Origin: Anaerolineales bacterium
GTDB lineage: Bacteria; Chloroflexota; Anaerolineae; Anaerolineales; E44-bin32
Direction: 5' to 3'
DNA: 64,000 nt
Assembly: GCA_037379555.1 (NCBI GenBank)
Contig: JARRJK010000006.1
Span: forward strand, 21,769-85,768
Both the position numbers and the translations under genes were made by a program. Under the pieces are notes generated by a model. The model had not been told where the DNA came from and searched no databases. It saw only the letters and a list, made by a program, of their open reading frames with translations. Shown here in pieces: positions 62,646 to 64,000 of the stretch. Each line of letters starts with the position of its first letter. Within the stretch, counting starts at the first letter, position 1.

Positions 62646-64000
62646 ATGTCCGAACTGATCCAGATCGAATCACTCGTTCTTGAGCTGCTGCTGGTCGTAT
62701 CGGTAGTTGCCATCCTCGTGCGGCGTTTCCGCATTCCCTATACCGTCGCTCTGGTCGTCGCAGGGCTGGCGCTCTCGTTCCGGGCGAGGCTGGGGATTGA
62801 GCTTACTTCTGAGCTCATTCTGGCGCTCCTCCTTCCGCCGCTGGTCTTTGAGGCCGCACTGCATATCCGTTTGCTTGAACTACGGCGCCAGATGGGATTG
62901 ATCGCTCTACTGGCCATCCCCGGCGTGGTATTGAACATGCTGGTTGTCGGCGGTGTCCTGTCGGTGGGGGCTGGCTTGCCGATCGGCCTGGCGTTCATCT
63001 TCGGCGCATTGATCGCGGCGACTGATCCGGTGTCGGTCGTGGCGATTTTCCGGCGGCTTGGCGCCCCGAAGCGCCTCGAGGTGCTGCTCGAATCCGAGAG
63101 CCTTTTCAATGACGGCACCGCAATCGTGCTTTTCAGCCTGGCGATTGGAGCCCTGCAGAGCGGTCAATTCAACCTGATTTCCGGCGTGGTCGATTTTGTG
63201 CGCGTGGCCGGCGGCGGACTACTGGTCGGTCTGGCGTTGGGATGGCTGATGTCGAGGCTGGTAGCGCAGGTCGATGACTATCTGGTCGAGACCACGCTCA
63301 CGACGGTTTTGGCGTTTGGCTCATATCTTGTGGCCGAGCAGTTCCACATGAGCGGTGTGCTGGCTGTCGTCGCAGCCGGGTTGATGAGCGGCAGCCTGGG
63401 CGAGCGTGAGATGTCCCCGACCACACGCATCGTGCTCACCAACTTCTGGGAATACGTGGCCTTCCTGGCTAACTCGGCGGTCTTCTTGTTGATCGGACTG
63501 GATCTCGAGATCGCCTCGCTAATCTCGCGCTGGCAGCTGATCCTGTGGGCGGTTCTGGCCGTTCTCGTGAGCCGGGCGATCAGCATCTACGGCCTGACGC
63601 TGGTAGACCGGTCTCTCCCATCCTCCTGGCGGCACGTGCTCTTCTGGGGCGGGCTGCGTGGCGCGATCGCTTTGGCACTTGCGTTGAGCCTGCCGGAATC
63701 GATTGGCGGATCACGGGAGACCCTGATTGTTATGGCATATGGCGTGGTGCTCTTCAGCCTGGTTGTCCAGGGCATGACCATGAATCCGCTGCTGAAGAGG
63801 GTTGGCTTGATCGTCAAAACCGAGGAGCAGCTCGAGTACGAGCGCCGGCATGCCCGCGCCATGGCAGCCCGAGCGGGCTTCCAGCACCTGCGCCGGCTGA
63901 GCAATGAGGGATTGATTTCCGCAGCGACCTGGCGCTCGCTCGAACCGATGCTTGAACAGCGCCTGGAGGTAATGACCAATACCGTCCAGGAGGTGCTGAG
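62646..64000 (+). CDS. Na+/H+ antiporter (CPA1, NhaP-type), 3'-partial at the window edge
   Basis: Not in the supplied ORF track (no stop before the window end). My hand translation from the ATG at 62646 is open to 64000: MSELIQIESLVLELLLVVSVVAILVRRFRIPYTVALVVAGL...IFGALIAATDPVSVVAIFRRLGAPKRLEVLLESESLFNDGTAIVLF...GGLRGAIALALALSLP. ATDPV and ESLxNDG are hallmark CPA1 motifs. Confidence 0.85.
   Translation, partial: MSELIQIESLVLELLLVVSVVAILVRRFRIPYTVALVVAGLALSFRARLGIELTSELILALLLPPLVFEAALHIRLLELRRQMGLIALLAIPGVVLNMLVVGGVLSVGAGLPIGLAFIFGALIAATDPVSVVAIFRRLGAPKRLEVLLESESLFNDGTAIVLFSLAIGALQSGQFNLISGVVDFVRVAGGGLLVGLALGWLMSRLVAQVDDYLVETTLTTVLAFGSYLVAEQFHMSGVLAVVAAGLMSGSLGEREMSPTTRIVLTNFWEYVAFLANSAVFLLIGLDLEIASLISRWQLILWAVLAVLVSRAISIYGLTLVDRSLPSSWRHVLFWGGLRGAIALALALSLPESIGGSRETLIVMAYGVVLFSLVVQGMTMNPLLKRVGLIVKTEEQLEYERRHARAMAARAGFQHLRRLSNEGLISAATWRSLEPMLEQRLEVMTNTVQEVL

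Overview
High-GC (by eye roughly 60%), gene-dense bacterial chromosomal segment. I call about 55 protein genes, one tRNA-Asn(GTT) and one TPP riboswitch. I found no rRNA, CRISPR array, transposase, integrase or prophage genes. The domain repertoire (DUF3048, DUF4388, stand-alone LigD domains, S1 protein with an acidic tail, many GAF/PAS kinases) suggests a Chloroflexota/Anaerolineae-like organism; this is inference only. Left to right: rpsA-carD-REC-ytxH-rpoD; a cytoplasmic PAS histidine kinase fused to a complete OmpR-type regulator; tal and pncB. From about 13.6 to 26.7 kb lies a run of stress/dormancy-type genes: a truncated TreT-like glycosyltransferase, HPF-like protein, gap, fpg, LigD split into PE/ligase/polymerase genes, a double PRC-barrel protein, an eRF1-like 'baeRF' protein, a ferritin-like protein, an M50-CBS site-2 protease, a small basic ORF, fused OtsA-OtsB and Hsp20. 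Next come tRNA-Asn and a TPP-riboswitch-controlled thiamine salvage operon (thiN-thiB-thiP-thiQ-DUF402). A signalling cluster follows: DUF4388/DUF742-like protein, small GTPase, REC-degenerate GGDEF, multi-GAF kinase and CheY. The rest holds glgP, a PIG-L deacetylase, yjbQ, a membrane diguanylate cyclase, fabI (disrupted), mpg, an epimerase, an M20 peptidase (disrupted), a Zn-ribbon DNA-methylase homologue with both catalytic motifs degenerate, plsY, a class A PBP, MaoC, a large glycoside-hydrolase-like protein and a Na+/H+ antiporter running off the 3' edge (absent from the ORF track). The best candidates for uncharacterised biology are the S2P-ferritin-baeRF-PRC cluster, the Roadblock-less conservon-like GTPase module, and the pseudo-methyltransferase. 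Three genes carry internal out-of-frame lesions and need read-level verification. All family assignments come from motif recognition by eye; no database search was run.
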